DNA of 64,000 bases from a virus. Position numbers and translations under genes: made by a program. Positions within the stretch are counted from its first letter, which is position 1; the number at the start of each line of letters is the position of its first letter. Positions 38,306 through 48,076 of the stretch are shown here, one piece after another. The stretch lies in the IMG/VR virus record IMGVR_UViG_3300045988_121070; one strand, 5' to 3'. The notes below the pieces were generated by a model. It ran no database searches. It was not told the DNA's origin and saw nothing but the letters and a program-made list of their open reading frames with translations.

Positions 38306-38695
38306 CTATACGTTTAGGAACTTATCAATGGTAAGCCAATGGACTGAGCAGGGATGATGACGATGGAACGCTGCATCGATAAGTATGCGCATATCGTCCA
38401 GGCTGCAGAAGTGGTAGTTTGGTTCACAGAGTTTCACTGCCATGCGCCAATACCCCTTACCATTACGTTTGATGGTGTCATGCTCTTCGGTGATGACCAC
38501 CTGACGGGCGATACCATTGCCATTGCCGATGAGGAAACGGAACACATCAGATAGCAGACGATGCGAAGCCCCACGAAAAAGGAAGAAAAGTTGTTCCTCG
38601 TTGGGACCCCGAAAGTCTGTTGTTGCCGCTATGATAAGATGTCTGCGACGGTCTTTCAGCGGTCTGCCTGGTTTCCTTCGACATGGTTGTCTCAT
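38306..38695 (-). CDS. hypothetical protein with a basic N-terminus (RRKPGRPLKDRRR)
   Basis: 129-aa ORF. Confidence 0.45.
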   Translation of the reverse strand: MRQPCRRKPGRPLKDRRRHLIIAATTDFRGPNEEQLFFLFRGASHRLLSDVFRFLIGNGNGIARQVVITEEHDTIKRNGKGYWRMAVKLCEPNYHFCSLDDMRILIDAAFHRHHPCSVHWLTIDKFLNV

Positions 38696-39165
38696 TATGT
38701 CTCACTTATGGCAGCTGCTTCACGTTCAAACTCCTGTAGGATGGTGAGTATTCCCACCCGTTCGTAGTCCGCCCAATCGTCGTTGGAGAACTTATTGATG
38801 ACGGAGTTTGACCCCATGCCGAGTGTGTTCATGTGTTCCATGAACAGTTTTTTCATGCCGATGGTCATGCCGAGCATACGATAGAACACGCCTTTTCCGT
38901 TGACCATATCATCGGGTGTAGGCTGAGACATATCCAGGTTGGGCGGAAAGATCTCCTCCTGATGTTGTGAGAGGAAGTCGCGCTTGATCTGGTCGATGCC
39001 TTTCAGTTCCCACTCCTTAAACCCAAAGCGGAAAAAGCGGTTGTAGGCCAGTCCCCACTTCATTTCATGGCGAAGCATGACCTCTGCCAACTGTTTTTTC
39101 TGAGTTGGTGTGAGGTCGTCGCACTGGAGGTGTGCCTCTGGCTGTTGTAACTTCTCAATAATCAT
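38695..39165 (-). CDS. hypothetical protein (first gene of the long minus-strand block)
   Basis: trimmed to the ATG at 39165 (MIIEKLQQ...) because the track TTG start overlaps the -7 box TACCTTTG (plus-strand caaaggta, 39199-39206). Confidence 0.5.
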   Translation of the reverse strand: MIIEKLQQPEAHLQCDDLTPTQKKQLAEVMLRHEMKWGLAYNRFFRFGFKEWELKGIDQIKRDFLSQHQEEIFPPNLDMSQPTPDDMVNGKGVFYRMLGMTIGMKKLFMEHMNTLGMGSNSVINKFSNDDWADYERVGILTILQEFEREAAAISET

Positions 39166-39371
39166 GTTGAACTTTGAAATATTTTTTGTAATTTTGCGCA
39201 AAGGTATAAATTTTAATTTGAAAAATCAAAGATTATATTAGTTTTTGTTAGAAATTTAACATTTTGATAAAATTTGATGTCAGTTTTTGGCGTTTATAAA
39301 TTAAAGATTATATAAGGTATGAATGACGTGTGAGACTACTTCTATTGTTAAATAAACATAAATAATTAGTT

Positions 39372-40166
39372 ATGGACTACAGTTTCAATTATGGTTTTCT
39401 GCGAGAGTTCAAAGAGGCCAACAAGTTATCGAAGAAAGACCTGTTAGAGGCATTAGGGAGTTCAGATTATACGGGTATCAACAGATGGCTGGACGGGAAG
39501 ACTCCTATCCATGTCACGGCGATGCTCAGGTTGTGTAACTACTATAACATACCGATGAGCGGTTTTTTCTTCGACGGTGACGGAAGAAGTGTGCTGACCA
39601 TTGAGCAGCCCACCAAGGATAGTCAGACGATGCCAACGGACGGTTACGGTATCGGCAGTGGTGCGGGAAAGAGCATCATTGAGACGCGGGTCACGGAGCG
39701 CCAGATAAGCAGCAGGGCACAGGCAAAAGCGGTGACGGCAGGGCTGGAGCGCAAGGAACGGCTGTTGAAGAGAAGAGTGCAGGAGGAGGGGGCTGTAGCA
39801 GCGGCAGAGCCACTGCCTGCGGAGAAGGCAGCACCTCAGCCGAGAACGGCTGGGAGTAGTGATGGTGGCGAAGCAATCACCCCACACGAAGCCCATGATG
39901 CAGACCATAGTAGCGAGAGTGAGAGCGAGGCTATACTGCGACTGCGTTTGGAGCATACCAGGGAGATTATCAAGTTGGAGCGTGAGCACCATGACCGCGA
40001 AGACCACATCAGGAGGGACTGTCAGGCGAGCATTGACGCGGAGCGCAATCGGCTGATGGATATTATAGAGCGGCAGAATGCCGAGTTGACGAAGTTCTAC
40101 CAAAGGAGTCACGGATGTGTGCCGATGATAGCGGCTGATAACGGGCCGGAGGGGAGCGAGAAGTAA
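39372..40166 (+). CDS. XRE/Cro-CI-type HTH regulator with a coiled-coil C-terminus
   Basis: LSKKDLLEALGSSDYTGINRWLDGKTPIHVTAMLRLCNYYNIP; divergent from the replication block across an AT-rich gap; palindromic element at 39835-39881 in frame (PQPRTAGSSDGGEAITP). Confidence 0.65.
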   Translation: MDYSFNYGFLREFKEANKLSKKDLLEALGSSDYTGINRWLDGKTPIHVTAMLRLCNYYNIPMSGFFFDGDGRSVLTIEQPTKDSQTMPTDGYGIGSGAGKSIIETRVTERQISSRAQAKAVTAGLERKERLLKRRVQEEGAVAAAEPLPAEKAAPQPRTAGSSDGGEAITPHEAHDADHSSESESEAILRLRLEHTREIIKLEREHHDREDHIRRDCQASIDAERNRLMDIIERQNAELTKFYQRSHGCVPMIAADNGPEGSEK

Positions 40167-40425
40167 CGGCGATGCAATCGCCTTGCAAAGGACGAGACAG
40201 AACCGCTGGAGAAACCAGCGGACACCCTGGTGGATAGAAAAACCGCCTGCTGTGTCATCGCGACAGGGCAGGCGGCAACCTTAAAATCTAATACCATGAA
40301 TTACATTCGATATTTAACCTTATGTCACAAAGTCACACTTGACGATGTTGCGGTATAAACTACTACTAAATACTAAAACAAATCATTTACTTAATAACTA
40401 AATTTTTAATCGTATGAGGTGAAGT

Positions 40426-41286
40426 TTAGTTGTCACGCTGGCGTTTGGCTGCATTCATGTTACAGATGAAATTTCCCTCGGTGGTGGGGTGCAGTCCCTC
40501 AGCATGGCAGGGGTACTCGGTACCAATGAAGAAAGTTTCACCATGCAGGAAGAATTGCGGAGTAACATTAAGCGTCACGCTGTGGCCGGTGGTAGCCGGT
40601 CGCATATCGAGCATCGCCATGAGGGGATAGATCTCTACGACGGGAAGAGCCTGGCGGTCTTTCTCAGCGCGGATAGCCTTGCGGAGCCACTGGGGGCAGT
40701 CGGCAGCGGTGTTGATGCGTGAACGACTGGGTGGCACAGCGGACTTTTTGCCAGCGGGAGAACCGCTGGGCGCACTATCATCGCCATAGAACTGAAGGAA
40801 AGAGACGAAGGTGTAGCGGGACATACGCTCATCGAGCGCATTCATGTCAGCCTTGCGGTCGCCGGTGCCTTTGAACTTAGCAATGGCAGCCCACTGGTCA
40901 AAGGTCTTCATCTGTTTAACTTCCTGCCAGGAGAGGTGCTTACGGGAGTAAGTCTTATCCCATGTATCGGATGGATGGAAGCGGTCATCGGGTATGATAA
41001 GCACGTCGGAGCGATACATGCAGTTAGGTTCGTAGAGATCGGTGCCCTCGGCATCCGTCAGTTTTTTACGCCACACACGAGTATCGGGTGTGCGGTCGAA
41101 GATGAGGTAATCTACCCCACCCTCAAAGTATTGCACAGGAGCCTCGTAAGACGAAGCGCCATACTTGCGAGCATAGTCATCAGCACGGGAAGCGGCACGG
41201 AGTACATTGTCCCAATATTTTTGGAGCTGCTTTCCGATGGTGCTATACATGTCGCACTGGTAGTAGTGTTTAATTTTTGACATCAT
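40426..41286 (-). CDS. hypothetical protein with embedded hairpin elements
   Basis: 286-aa ORF; SAPSGSPAGKKSAVPPSRSRI is encoded by B-type hairpins near 40700-40775. Confidence 0.5.
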   Translation of the reverse strand: MMSKIKHYYQCDMYSTIGKQLQKYWDNVLRAASRADDYARKYGASSYEAPVQYFEGGVDYLIFDRTPDTRVWRKKLTDAEGTDLYEPNCMYRSDVLIIPDDRFHPSDTWDKTYSRKHLSWQEVKQMKTFDQWAAIAKFKGTGDRKADMNALDERMSRYTFVSFLQFYGDDSAPSGSPAGKKSAVPPSRSRINTAADCPQWLRKAIRAEKDRQALPVVEIYPLMAMLDMRPATTGHSVTLNVTPQFFLHGETFFIGTEYPCHAEGLHPTTEGNFICNMNAAKRQRDN

Positions 41287-41355
41287 CTTAGTTTTTAGGG
41301 TTCTGCGATAGGAACACAGGATAAAAAAACGGTACTACTTTATTGTTTTCGGGGG

Positions 41356-41363
41356 CAAAGGTA
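41356..41363 (-). promoter_or_regulatory. -7 box TACCTTTG for the 40426..41286 gene
   Basis: plus-strand caaaggta; one half of a divergent promoter pair in an AT-rich gap. Confidence 0.45.
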
Positions 41364-41459
41364 CATAAAATTTTTGAGAAAAACGGATTTTATATTTGGG
41401 ATTTTCATAAAAATTACAAAATAAACCTTAGTTTTAATTTGTAATTATAAAATTATTTG

Positions 41460-41467
41460 TACCTTTG
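41460..41467 (+). promoter_or_regulatory. -7 box TACCTTTG (with a TTTG 18 nt upstream) for the plus-strand block
   Basis: 30 nt upstream of the ATG at 41497. Confidence 0.5.
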
Positions 41468-41496
41468 CCAAAGTTTATATAAGTTTTATCAACGAT

Positions 41497-41823
41497 ATGG
41501 GTAAGAAAAAGAAAGATGTTTTTGAAGAAGCCAAGGAAGAGGGCGCGTCGTTAGAGGATTTTGTCATCCCCCAGAAGATTGATGCGTTCGTGGATGCCTT
41601 TCAGCCAGTGGAAGAAGAGTCGGTGGCTACGCTATTCTTTGACGAGACGAAGTTGCGAACTTTCTTCAAAGCCTACCCCACAAAGTTAGGAGACCCGCTG
41701 ACGATTTATCTGAGCCGTCTGGAGGACAAAGGGTTTGTGATGCGCGTGGGCATGATGAATGAGCCTGCCATCTTTGTGACGGAGCGAGCTGTGGGCGGCG
41801 TAGCGCTGATAGACTCTATATAA
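41497..41823 (+). CDS. hypothetical protein
   Basis: 108-aa ORF, first in the plus block. Confidence 0.5.
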   Translation: MGKKKKDVFEEAKEEGASLEDFVIPQKIDAFVDAFQPVEEESVATLFFDETKLRTFFKAYPTKLGDPLTIYLSRLEDKGFVMRVGMMNEPAIFVTERAVGGVALIDSI

Positions 41824-41905
41824 TATAAACAAGGTGGCGATGCAATCGCCACATACAATTAAAAAAGAGCTGCCATGACGTAGCAGCACAAAGAACGGAA
41901 GACAG

Positions 41906-42343
41906 ATGGTAGTACACCGATTTATGAGTAATGAAGAGTGGCGACGGTTGCAAGCCGGACAGCTGCTGGTGAATGAGAGCAAGCACAGAGGCTTTCGTTC
42001 AGAGAGTCGTGGTTTTTGTTTTACAACGGATGATCCGAAAGAAGCCATCCACTACCTGAGCGGCAATGTCGATACGGATGTATGTGTAACGATGGAGGTG
42101 CCGGAGGGGATGCTTCGTAAAACAAAGGCCATTTACCGTGACCATAAGCAAGACATAAACATGATGGCGCTGCCTACCTGTCTGGATGACGTACCCCACC
42201 TGACGAAGACGGAATACTGCTGTACGCGGTACTCGCTGAAAAAAGTCAAGGTGATAGCATCGACGACAGAGTTTGCCGGTGTGCCTGGTATTAAAGAGAC
42301 GGCTGCCATGATGCGGGCGTTAGGGTACAGGAGAAACGGATAG
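41906..42343 (+). CDS. hypothetical protein
   Basis: 145-aa ORF. Confidence 0.5.
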   Translation: MVVHRFMSNEEWRRLQAGQLLVNESKHRGFRSESRGFCFTTDDPKEAIHYLSGNVDTDVCVTMEVPEGMLRKTKAIYRDHKQDINMMALPTCLDDVPHLTKTEYCCTRYSLKKVKVIASTTEFAGVPGIKETAAMMRALGYRRNG

Positions 42344-42410
42344 GAACGGCGAGGCAATCGCCGAACAATAAACGAAACAAGACCCAGCGCTGAAGCGCGG
42401 ACACAGAACG

Positions 42411-43226
42411 ATGATGACACTCAAAGAGGCATACGAACAATGGGGAAAACTGAAGGAACGGCAGACGCTCTATATCAAGACGCGGAATGCCTTTATGCAG
42501 GTGTGGAAGAAGTTGGACTTTTCCATTCCTTGTAAGGAGGTGACGCTGGCGGTGCTGAGAGAGGCCCTGGCAAAACGCGGACCTGTCTATGCAGAAGATA
42601 AAGTACGGGCGGCGAGCGTGATGGTGCATGTGCTGACCTTTGCCCATCAAGAGCAACCGCAAGAATGCCCCATGCCGAGGTTCGACTATAGTGCGCTACT
42701 GAAAGATGCAGAGACGATGCCTCTGCCTGCGGAAAAGGAGCAGAAAGAACGGAAAGCGTTAAAATTGGAACAGAAAAAGCCGAAATTGGAACGAAAAGTG
42801 TTAAAATCAGAACAAAATACGCCAGATATGGAACAAAGGAAACAAACACGGGTGACACCGAAGATACCCTACCAGGGTGAGCGAGACACGTTAGGAAGAA
42901 GTAAGAACCGAGCCAAGCGCAAGGTGGCACAGATAGATCCCTCGACGCTGAAGATTGTCAGGGTGTGGGACTCCATGGGTGCTGCAGAGAACGGGCTGGG
43001 CATCAGGAACGTCACCAGAGCTATTGATAAGAAGCGCATGGCTGGAGGGTTCTACTGGTGTGATGAAAAGGATGCTGCCACCTTTGAGCCGAGAGAAGAC
43101 ATGAGAGGGCGTAAGAGCGGACCGCTGAGAAACCAGCAGGAGCAGCGACAGAGCCACTGCCTACGGAACAAAAGACCAGCAAGGATGACGAAGACGTGGC
43201 GAATGCGCCAGAAGCCGAGGACATAG
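42411..43226 (+). CDS. hypothetical protein with a NUMOD-like HTH segment; its 3' end is possibly disrupted
   Basis: VAQIDPSTLKIVRVWDSMGAAENGLGIRNVTRAIDKKRMAGGFYWCDE resembles homing-endonuclease DNA-binding modules; the frame changes inside a repeat-derived segment near 43100-43150. Confidence 0.45.
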   Translation: MMTLKEAYEQWGKLKERQTLYIKTRNAFMQVWKKLDFSIPCKEVTLAVLREALAKRGPVYAEDKVRAASVMVHVLTFAHQEQPQECPMPRFDYSALLKDAETMPLPAEKEQKERKALKLEQKKPKLERKVLKSEQNTPDMEQRKQTRVTPKIPYQGERDTLGRSKNRAKRKVAQIDPSTLKIVRVWDSMGAAENGLGIRNVTRAIDKKRMAGGFYWCDEKDAATFEPREDMRGRKSGPLRNQQEQRQSHCLRNKRPARMTKTWRMRQKPRT

Positions 43227-43423
43227 CAAACGCTGTGGAGAGAGACATTGACGATTTTATCGGCGGGTTCGGACATGGGGCTGTGCAGCCTGGAAAAACG
43301 GCTGTTGCCCCTACCCTTTCGGAGTTTACGGATAAGGAGCTGATAGACGAAGTACAGAGACGTGGCTGGAAGGGTGACGTGACACTGAAGGTAGATAACG
43401 TAGAAGTAAAGATTACACTATAA
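43196..43423 (+). CDS. hypothetical protein, or the C-terminal continuation of 42411..43226
   Basis: the frame is open from about 43100 (ERTAEKPAGAATEPLPTEQK...); the GTG start in the track is doubtful. Confidence 0.35.
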   Translation: MANAPEAEDIANAVERDIDDFIGGFGHGAVQPGKTAVAPTLSEFTDKELIDEVQRRGWKGDVTLKVDNVEVKITL

Positions 43424-43437
43424 CTATCAATAGCGAT

Positions 43438-45171
43438 ATGGGAGGACTACATGACATCAAGAAAAAGGACTGGGAGCGGCTGTTGAAAAAGAACGGCTTT
43501 GTGCTCGACAGGACTAACAAGCACCATGTGTGGAAGCACCCTGACGGGCGAACGATACCCGTGGCCAACAGTGGGGTAAATCCGTGCATCGCCAGGAGAA
43601 TGGTCAAAGAGTTCCATTTGGAGGGTGCGCCCTTTGGATGGAGTGACCGCATAGAGAACACCGAGTCTGAGACCAAAGCGAAACCTACGACGCAGTGGCA
43701 GGATCAGTTGCAAAAGGCTCAGGTGGCTCTTGCTGAAAAGGAGGAGAAGAGCCTACGCGACTGGGAGCAGCAGGCGCTGGAAGCATCGAAACGCTACGAG
43801 GAACAGCAGCGGGAGGAGAAACCCGCCGGAGAACCGACGGGAGTGGTAGCGAGCAAGGCGACAGCTACCAGCGGTGGAACCGCTGGACGCAGTGAGAACG
43901 AGGAAGCAGCGGCAGAGCCACTGCCTACGGAGAAGAGCAGCCGAGAGACTCCAGCAATGAAACGCGGAGAGGCTGCGATGGTATCAAAGCATACGGGACA
44001 GAATAACGACTTTACCTTAGAAAACTTATATATGAATGATCAGAGACTAAAGAAATTCCACGAGTACCTTTGTGCGGTTGTGGAGTATTATCAGCAGAAC
44101 AAATCGCTGAAGAATTTTTCGGCACTGGCAAAACAGTACCAAGTGAAAGCCATTACGCAGGAGCAGTTCTACCAGAGTAAGTTGGATGAATTGAAGCCTG
44201 GTCAGAAACCCGACCGTCAGACATCGGATAAGATACGCATGATGATGGCGGAGGAGGACTTAAAGCGCCGGCAGAACATGTTGGCATCGTTCCTGAAGGC
44301 TCAGGAAGAACAGGATGCCGAGGGTGGTGTGATAGAAGCTGCTGAGGTAAAGATGCCTACGTTGGCAGAACGCATAGACACCTTCGAGGCACGGTTTGAC
44401 TTGTTAGGTCCTGTGTTCTCCACTATCATCGGTGAGGTGTATGACCGTTTCCGCAAGGAGTTTGGTGAGTCAACGAGTGACCTATTAGGCAGAGACAGTG
44501 CATCGGTGCGTCTGGATCCATGGCCATACATGAAAGACTGGGCCGAGTGTGTGGAATTTGACCTGACAAAGATGGTCTTTGACAAAGCAGAGCCGGAAGA
44601 GGTCAAAGCACTGTTGCCTACATGGAATGAGAAGATACTGCATGGTTATCTGACCTGGTTGTATGGCGGCAAAGACGGAAGACAGTTGAAGTTGCACTTT
44701 GACGAGCGTGGCAATGATGGTGGCGACAATGAGCAGCTGATAGAGTTGCTGCGTGACCAGGGCCTGCTGGAGAACATGCTCTTTGTGAAGTTAGAGTCGT
44801 GGAAAGGTGTTGCGCTGTGTGCTGCTATCTATCAGGATGCACCCGACGTGCTGATGGTTATCAATGAGGACACGGTGAAGTTCTATACCATAGAGGATAA
44901 CATCTGGTATTCGGCAGGAGGTGACACTATTATCAATCCTGAAAACAACTTAGGCTTTGGCGGTTATGGCACCCGTACCATCGTGGGTAAGTGTCTGCGT
45001 CAGATGCTGAATGATGAGAACCACAAGGCGGCACTCATGGAGCAGAAGAACGTGACGAAGCCGATGCGTGGTAAGCTGATGAATGACATCAACCATTACC
45101 GTGACATCTGGAACATGTATCACGAGGAATGGGAGAAGAAACGTAACAGTACGATGCTGGACTTTGGATAA
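43438..45171 (+). CDS. HicA-like N-terminal domain fused to a ~500-aa unknown region
   Basis: DWERLLKKNGFVLDRTNKHHVWKHPDGRTIPVANSGVNPCIARRMVKEF fits the HicA/YcfA pattern; repeat-derived low-complexity insert at 43810-44000. Confidence 0.5.
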   Translation: MGGLHDIKKKDWERLLKKNGFVLDRTNKHHVWKHPDGRTIPVANSGVNPCIARRMVKEFHLEGAPFGWSDRIENTESETKAKPTTQWQDQLQKAQVALAEKEEKSLRDWEQQALEASKRYEEQQREEKPAGEPTGVVASKATATSGGTAGRSENEEAAAEPLPTEKSSRETPAMKRGEAAMVSKHTGQNNDFTLENLYMNDQRLKKFHEYLCAVVEYYQQNKSLKNFSALAKQYQVKAITQEQFYQSKLDELKPGQKPDRQTSDKIRMMMAEEDLKRRQNMLASFLKAQEEQDAEGGVIEAAEVKMPTLAERIDTFEARFDLLGPVFSTIIGEVYDRFRKEFGESTSDLLGRDSASVRLDPWPYMKDWAECVEFDLTKMVFDKAEPEEVKALLPTWNEKILHGYLTWLYGGKDGRQLKLHFDERGNDGGDNEQLIELLRDQGLLENMLFVKLESWKGVALCAAIYQDAPDVLMVINEDTVKFYTIEDNIWYSAGGDTIINPENNLGFGGYGTRTIVGKCLRQMLNDENHKAALMEQKNVTKPMRGKLMNDINHYRDIWNMYHEEWEKKRNSTMLDFG

Positions 45172-45190
45172 ACCCTATAATACCTATAAT

Positions 45191-45325
45191 ATGAATAAGA
45201 CTATTGAGAACCAGATTATCTCTCTGCATAAAGAGGGCTGGAAAGTAGAGAACATCGCGAGCCTTGCCAAGGTGAAGCCGGCGAGAGTGAAAGCCATTCT
45301 TAGAGAGAAAAACCTGTTGATGTGA
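45191..45325 (+). CDS. small HTH-like protein, 44 aa
   Basis: MNKTIENQIISLHKEGWKVENIASLAKVKPARVKAILREKNLLM. Confidence 0.4.
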   Translation: MNKTIENQIISLHKEGWKVENIASLAKVKPARVKAILREKNLLM

Positions 45326-45923
45326 TGAGCGAGAATAAAGACTGGGTAGGTGGCAGAGCTTCGGTGTTCAAGACATTGGGGGCGAGTAACCACACGGACC
45401 ATGAACGTGCGTGGGGTGACTATTATGCCACCGAACCCAAAGCGACGGAATGGCTGCTGAAGTTGGAGCAGTTTGACGGTCCCATTCTGGAACCGGCATG
45501 TGGCGAGGGACATATCTCGAAAGTGCTGATTAGGGGGGGCAAAACGTCACTTCGCGAGACATCATCGACAGAGGCTATGGCGAGGTGGCCGACTTCCTGG
45601 CCATCGACAACCAGGAATGGAACGGGAACATCGTCACCAATCCGCCATACGCCTATGCTCAGGAGTTTGTGGAGAAGGCGCTGCAGATTATCCCAGACGG
45701 GAAAAAGGTGTGTATGTTTTTGAAGCTAACCTTTTTGGAGGGGAAGCAGAGAAAGCACCTTTTCAGGACCCAGCCACCTGCAAGGGTATGGGTGAGTTCG
45801 TCGAGACTGCTATGTGCCATGAATGGTGAGTTTGATAAGATCAGCGGGAGCGCTACGGCCTATGCCTGGTTTGTGTGGGTAAAGGGCTATAAGGGCGAGA
45901 CGGTGATTAAGTGGTTTAACTGA
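45325..45923 (+). CDS. N6-adenine DNA methyltransferase (motif I then NPPY), frameshifted at a G7 run
   Basis: EPACGEGHISKVLIRGG | QNVTSRDIIDRGYGEVADFLAIDNQEWNGNIVTNPPYAYAQEF; the frames join if the G7 at 45533-45539 is G8. Confidence 0.8.
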
Positions 45924-45968
45924 GGACGGCGATGCAATCGCCTTGCAACAAACGAAACATTGAGAGCT

Positions 45969-46136
45969 ATGGAAAATTTGATGTTACTCTGTCATGGGGA
46001 GCGCTGCCTGTTGAAGCAGAGCTGTGAGCGCTTTCAGCAGGCGACGGCATTCTGTCCGCAAAGGGCAAAAGACGATGAACCGACATTCGTTGACCACTGC
46101 GACGAAGAGGAGCGGGAGTTATATGTGACAAAATAA
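45969..46136 (+). CDS. small Cys-rich protein, 55 aa
   Basis: MENLMLLCHGERCLLKQSCERFQQATAFCPQRAKDDEPTFVDHCDEEERELYVTK. Confidence 0.35.
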   Translation: MENLMLLCHGERCLLKQSCERFQQATAFCPQRAKDDEPTFVDHCDEEERELYVTK

Positions 46137-46215
46137 GGCGGTTGAAAACTGCTTAATTTGACAAAAATGTAAAAATAAGACGGTTGAAAAGTGCTTAATA
46201 TGCCAAACAAAAAGG

Positions 46216-46398
46216 ATGAATAATAACGAGACGAGGATGCAGCGACTGGTGAGATTAACGACAATGGCAGGGAAACTCTATATGAGGGACCTGGTGGAGG
46301 TTTCGACGGTGAGCAACATCCATCTGAACAGATACCGGCAGCTGGCAACGGCAGCACGGGAGGAATGGAACAAGAATAAGAGAAGGAAGGCATGTTAG
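46216..46398 (+). CDS. small hypothetical protein
   Basis: 60-aa ORF overlapping the next start. Confidence 0.4.
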   Translation: MNNNETRMQRLVRLTTMAGKLYMRDLVEVSTVSNIHLNRYRQLATAAREEWNKNKRRKAC

Positions 46399-47201
46399 AA
46401 GTGAACCATATCTATGAGGGTGACTGCCTGGAACTGATGGCAGAAATAGCGGATGAGAGCGTGGATGCTATCATCTGCGATTTGCCTTACCAGGTGCTGC
46501 ATAAGGATAACCCGAATGCGCAATGGGACAGAATGATACCGTTTGAGCCTCTTTGGGCGCACTATGAGCGTATCATTAAGCCGAGGGGTGTGATTGTGCT
46601 CTTCGGGCAGGGAATGTTTACCAGCGACCTGATGCAGAGCAACAGGAAGTTGTGGAGATATAACCTGATATGGTACAAAGGACGCGGAACGGGGTTCCTG
46701 AATGCGAATAGGATGCCGATGCGCTGCCATGAGGACATCTGTGTATTCTATAAGCACCTGCCAGTGTATAACCCTCAGATGGGCATTGGTGAGCCGAACC
46801 ACTCGCAAGGGCGATGTGAGCAGCCGAGGAAGAACAGCTGCTATGGGAAGTTCAAGACGGGCAGGACGTATGACTATGATAAGCAGATCAGGAAGGTAGC
46901 CCCTACCCGACCGAACGAGAAATTTCCCCAGTCGATTATCTACATTCAGAAGGAGCACGAGACGACGGTGTATCATCCAACACAGAAGCCCGTGGATCTG
47001 CTTCGCTATCTGATTAGGACTTATACCAATTCGGGGGGGGTAATTTTAGACAATACGATGGGCAGCGGTACGACATGTGTTGCTGCCATCATGGAGAAAC
47101 GGAGGTACATAGGGATAGAGAAAGACCCGAAGTATTTTGCCGTGGCCGAGAAGAGAATAAAAGAAGCGGGGCGGTGGATGACGCTGGACTTCGAGGAATA
47201 A
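46392..47201 (+). CDS. beta-class N6-adenine DNA methyltransferase (DLPY)
   Basis: AIICDLPYQV (motif IV), HPTQKPVDLL, NSGGVILDNTMGSGTT (motif I); G8 at 47033-47040 is in frame and encodes SGGV. Confidence 0.85.
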   Translation: MLEVNHIYEGDCLELMAEIADESVDAIICDLPYQVLHKDNPNAQWDRMIPFEPLWAHYERIIKPRGVIVLFGQGMFTSDLMQSNRKLWRYNLIWYKGRGTGFLNANRMPMRCHEDICVFYKHLPVYNPQMGIGEPNHSQGRCEQPRKNSCYGKFKTGRTYDYDKQIRKVAPTRPNEKFPQSIIYIQKEHETTVYHPTQKPVDLLRYLIRTYTNSGGVILDNTMGSGTTCVAAIMEKRRYIGIEKDPKYFAVAEKRIKEAGRWMTLDFEE

Positions 47202-47248
47202 GACGATACCATCGTCTGACAATGGACGAAACATTAAATAATTGAAAA

Positions 47249-48076
47249 ATGAAAGAAGAGTACATGTATTGCCATCAGTGGTGGGTGGAGTCGGTGATAT
47301 GGAGGCTGGAATGCCAGGAAAGCGGTTTCGGTCCCGTTAGGGGACTGACAGTAGAGGAGTATGAGAAACTGAAGCCAGCAGTAGAGAAACTGACGGTGGA
47401 AGACTTCTGCATTATAAAGAAGCCTGGGCTGCATATAGCGGAACCCACGAAAGAAGATATACAGAAGCAGATTACCTATCTGAAGGAGCGGTTCAAGGAT
47501 TTGGAGGCGCATCCAGAGAAGTTGGGTAAGACAGCAAGGGATATCACCTATAAGGAAGAGGACTGGTGGCGACCGGCGAAGCCTGGTGATAAAAAGCCTT
47601 TCTTCGGGCGTGAAGGTTTATGGGGAAAACTATGGGAAATACCTACTGGTTTTTCTTACCTGAGCGCTGGCATCGATGGATGTGCCGGTCCGTCTGCCTT
47701 GGGCAGTATTCCTGGCAGGGTGATACAAGTGCCGGAGTATCTGAGGAAGGAATGGGCAGAAAGAATAAACGGATTAAAATGCACATTCATGGAAACGCAA
47801 GAAATAGACGATGAGAAGCTGATGGAGAATGCCATCGGGCTATGGGCTAAGACTGACGAACAGCTGGCGAGGGAGCATAAGATGCCGAAGACGCTGAAGG
47901 TAGAGATAGAACTGACGTACCCTGCTGGTGACTACTACTCTGCTAAGGATGCAGCGGAGTTTGTGAAAGAGAATATCCAGGACTGGCTGAATGCGAACCT
48001 GAGTGACGGGGACGATAGGCTGAGACTAATAAGAACAAGAGTGGAGAGTGAGAACTTTACGATAGAGTTGCGATAG
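47249..48076 (+). CDS. hypothetical protein
   Basis: 275-aa ORF. Confidence 0.5.
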   Translation: MKEEYMYCHQWWVESVIWRLECQESGFGPVRGLTVEEYEKLKPAVEKLTVEDFCIIKKPGLHIAEPTKEDIQKQITYLKERFKDLEAHPEKLGKTARDITYKEEDWWRPAKPGDKKPFFGREGLWGKLWEIPTGFSYLSAGIDGCAGPSALGSIPGRVIQVPEYLRKEWAERINGLKCTFMETQEIDDEKLMENAIGLWAKTDEQLAREHKMPKTLKVEIELTYPAGDYYSAKDAAEFVKENIQDWLNANLSDGDDRLRLIRTRVESENFTIELR

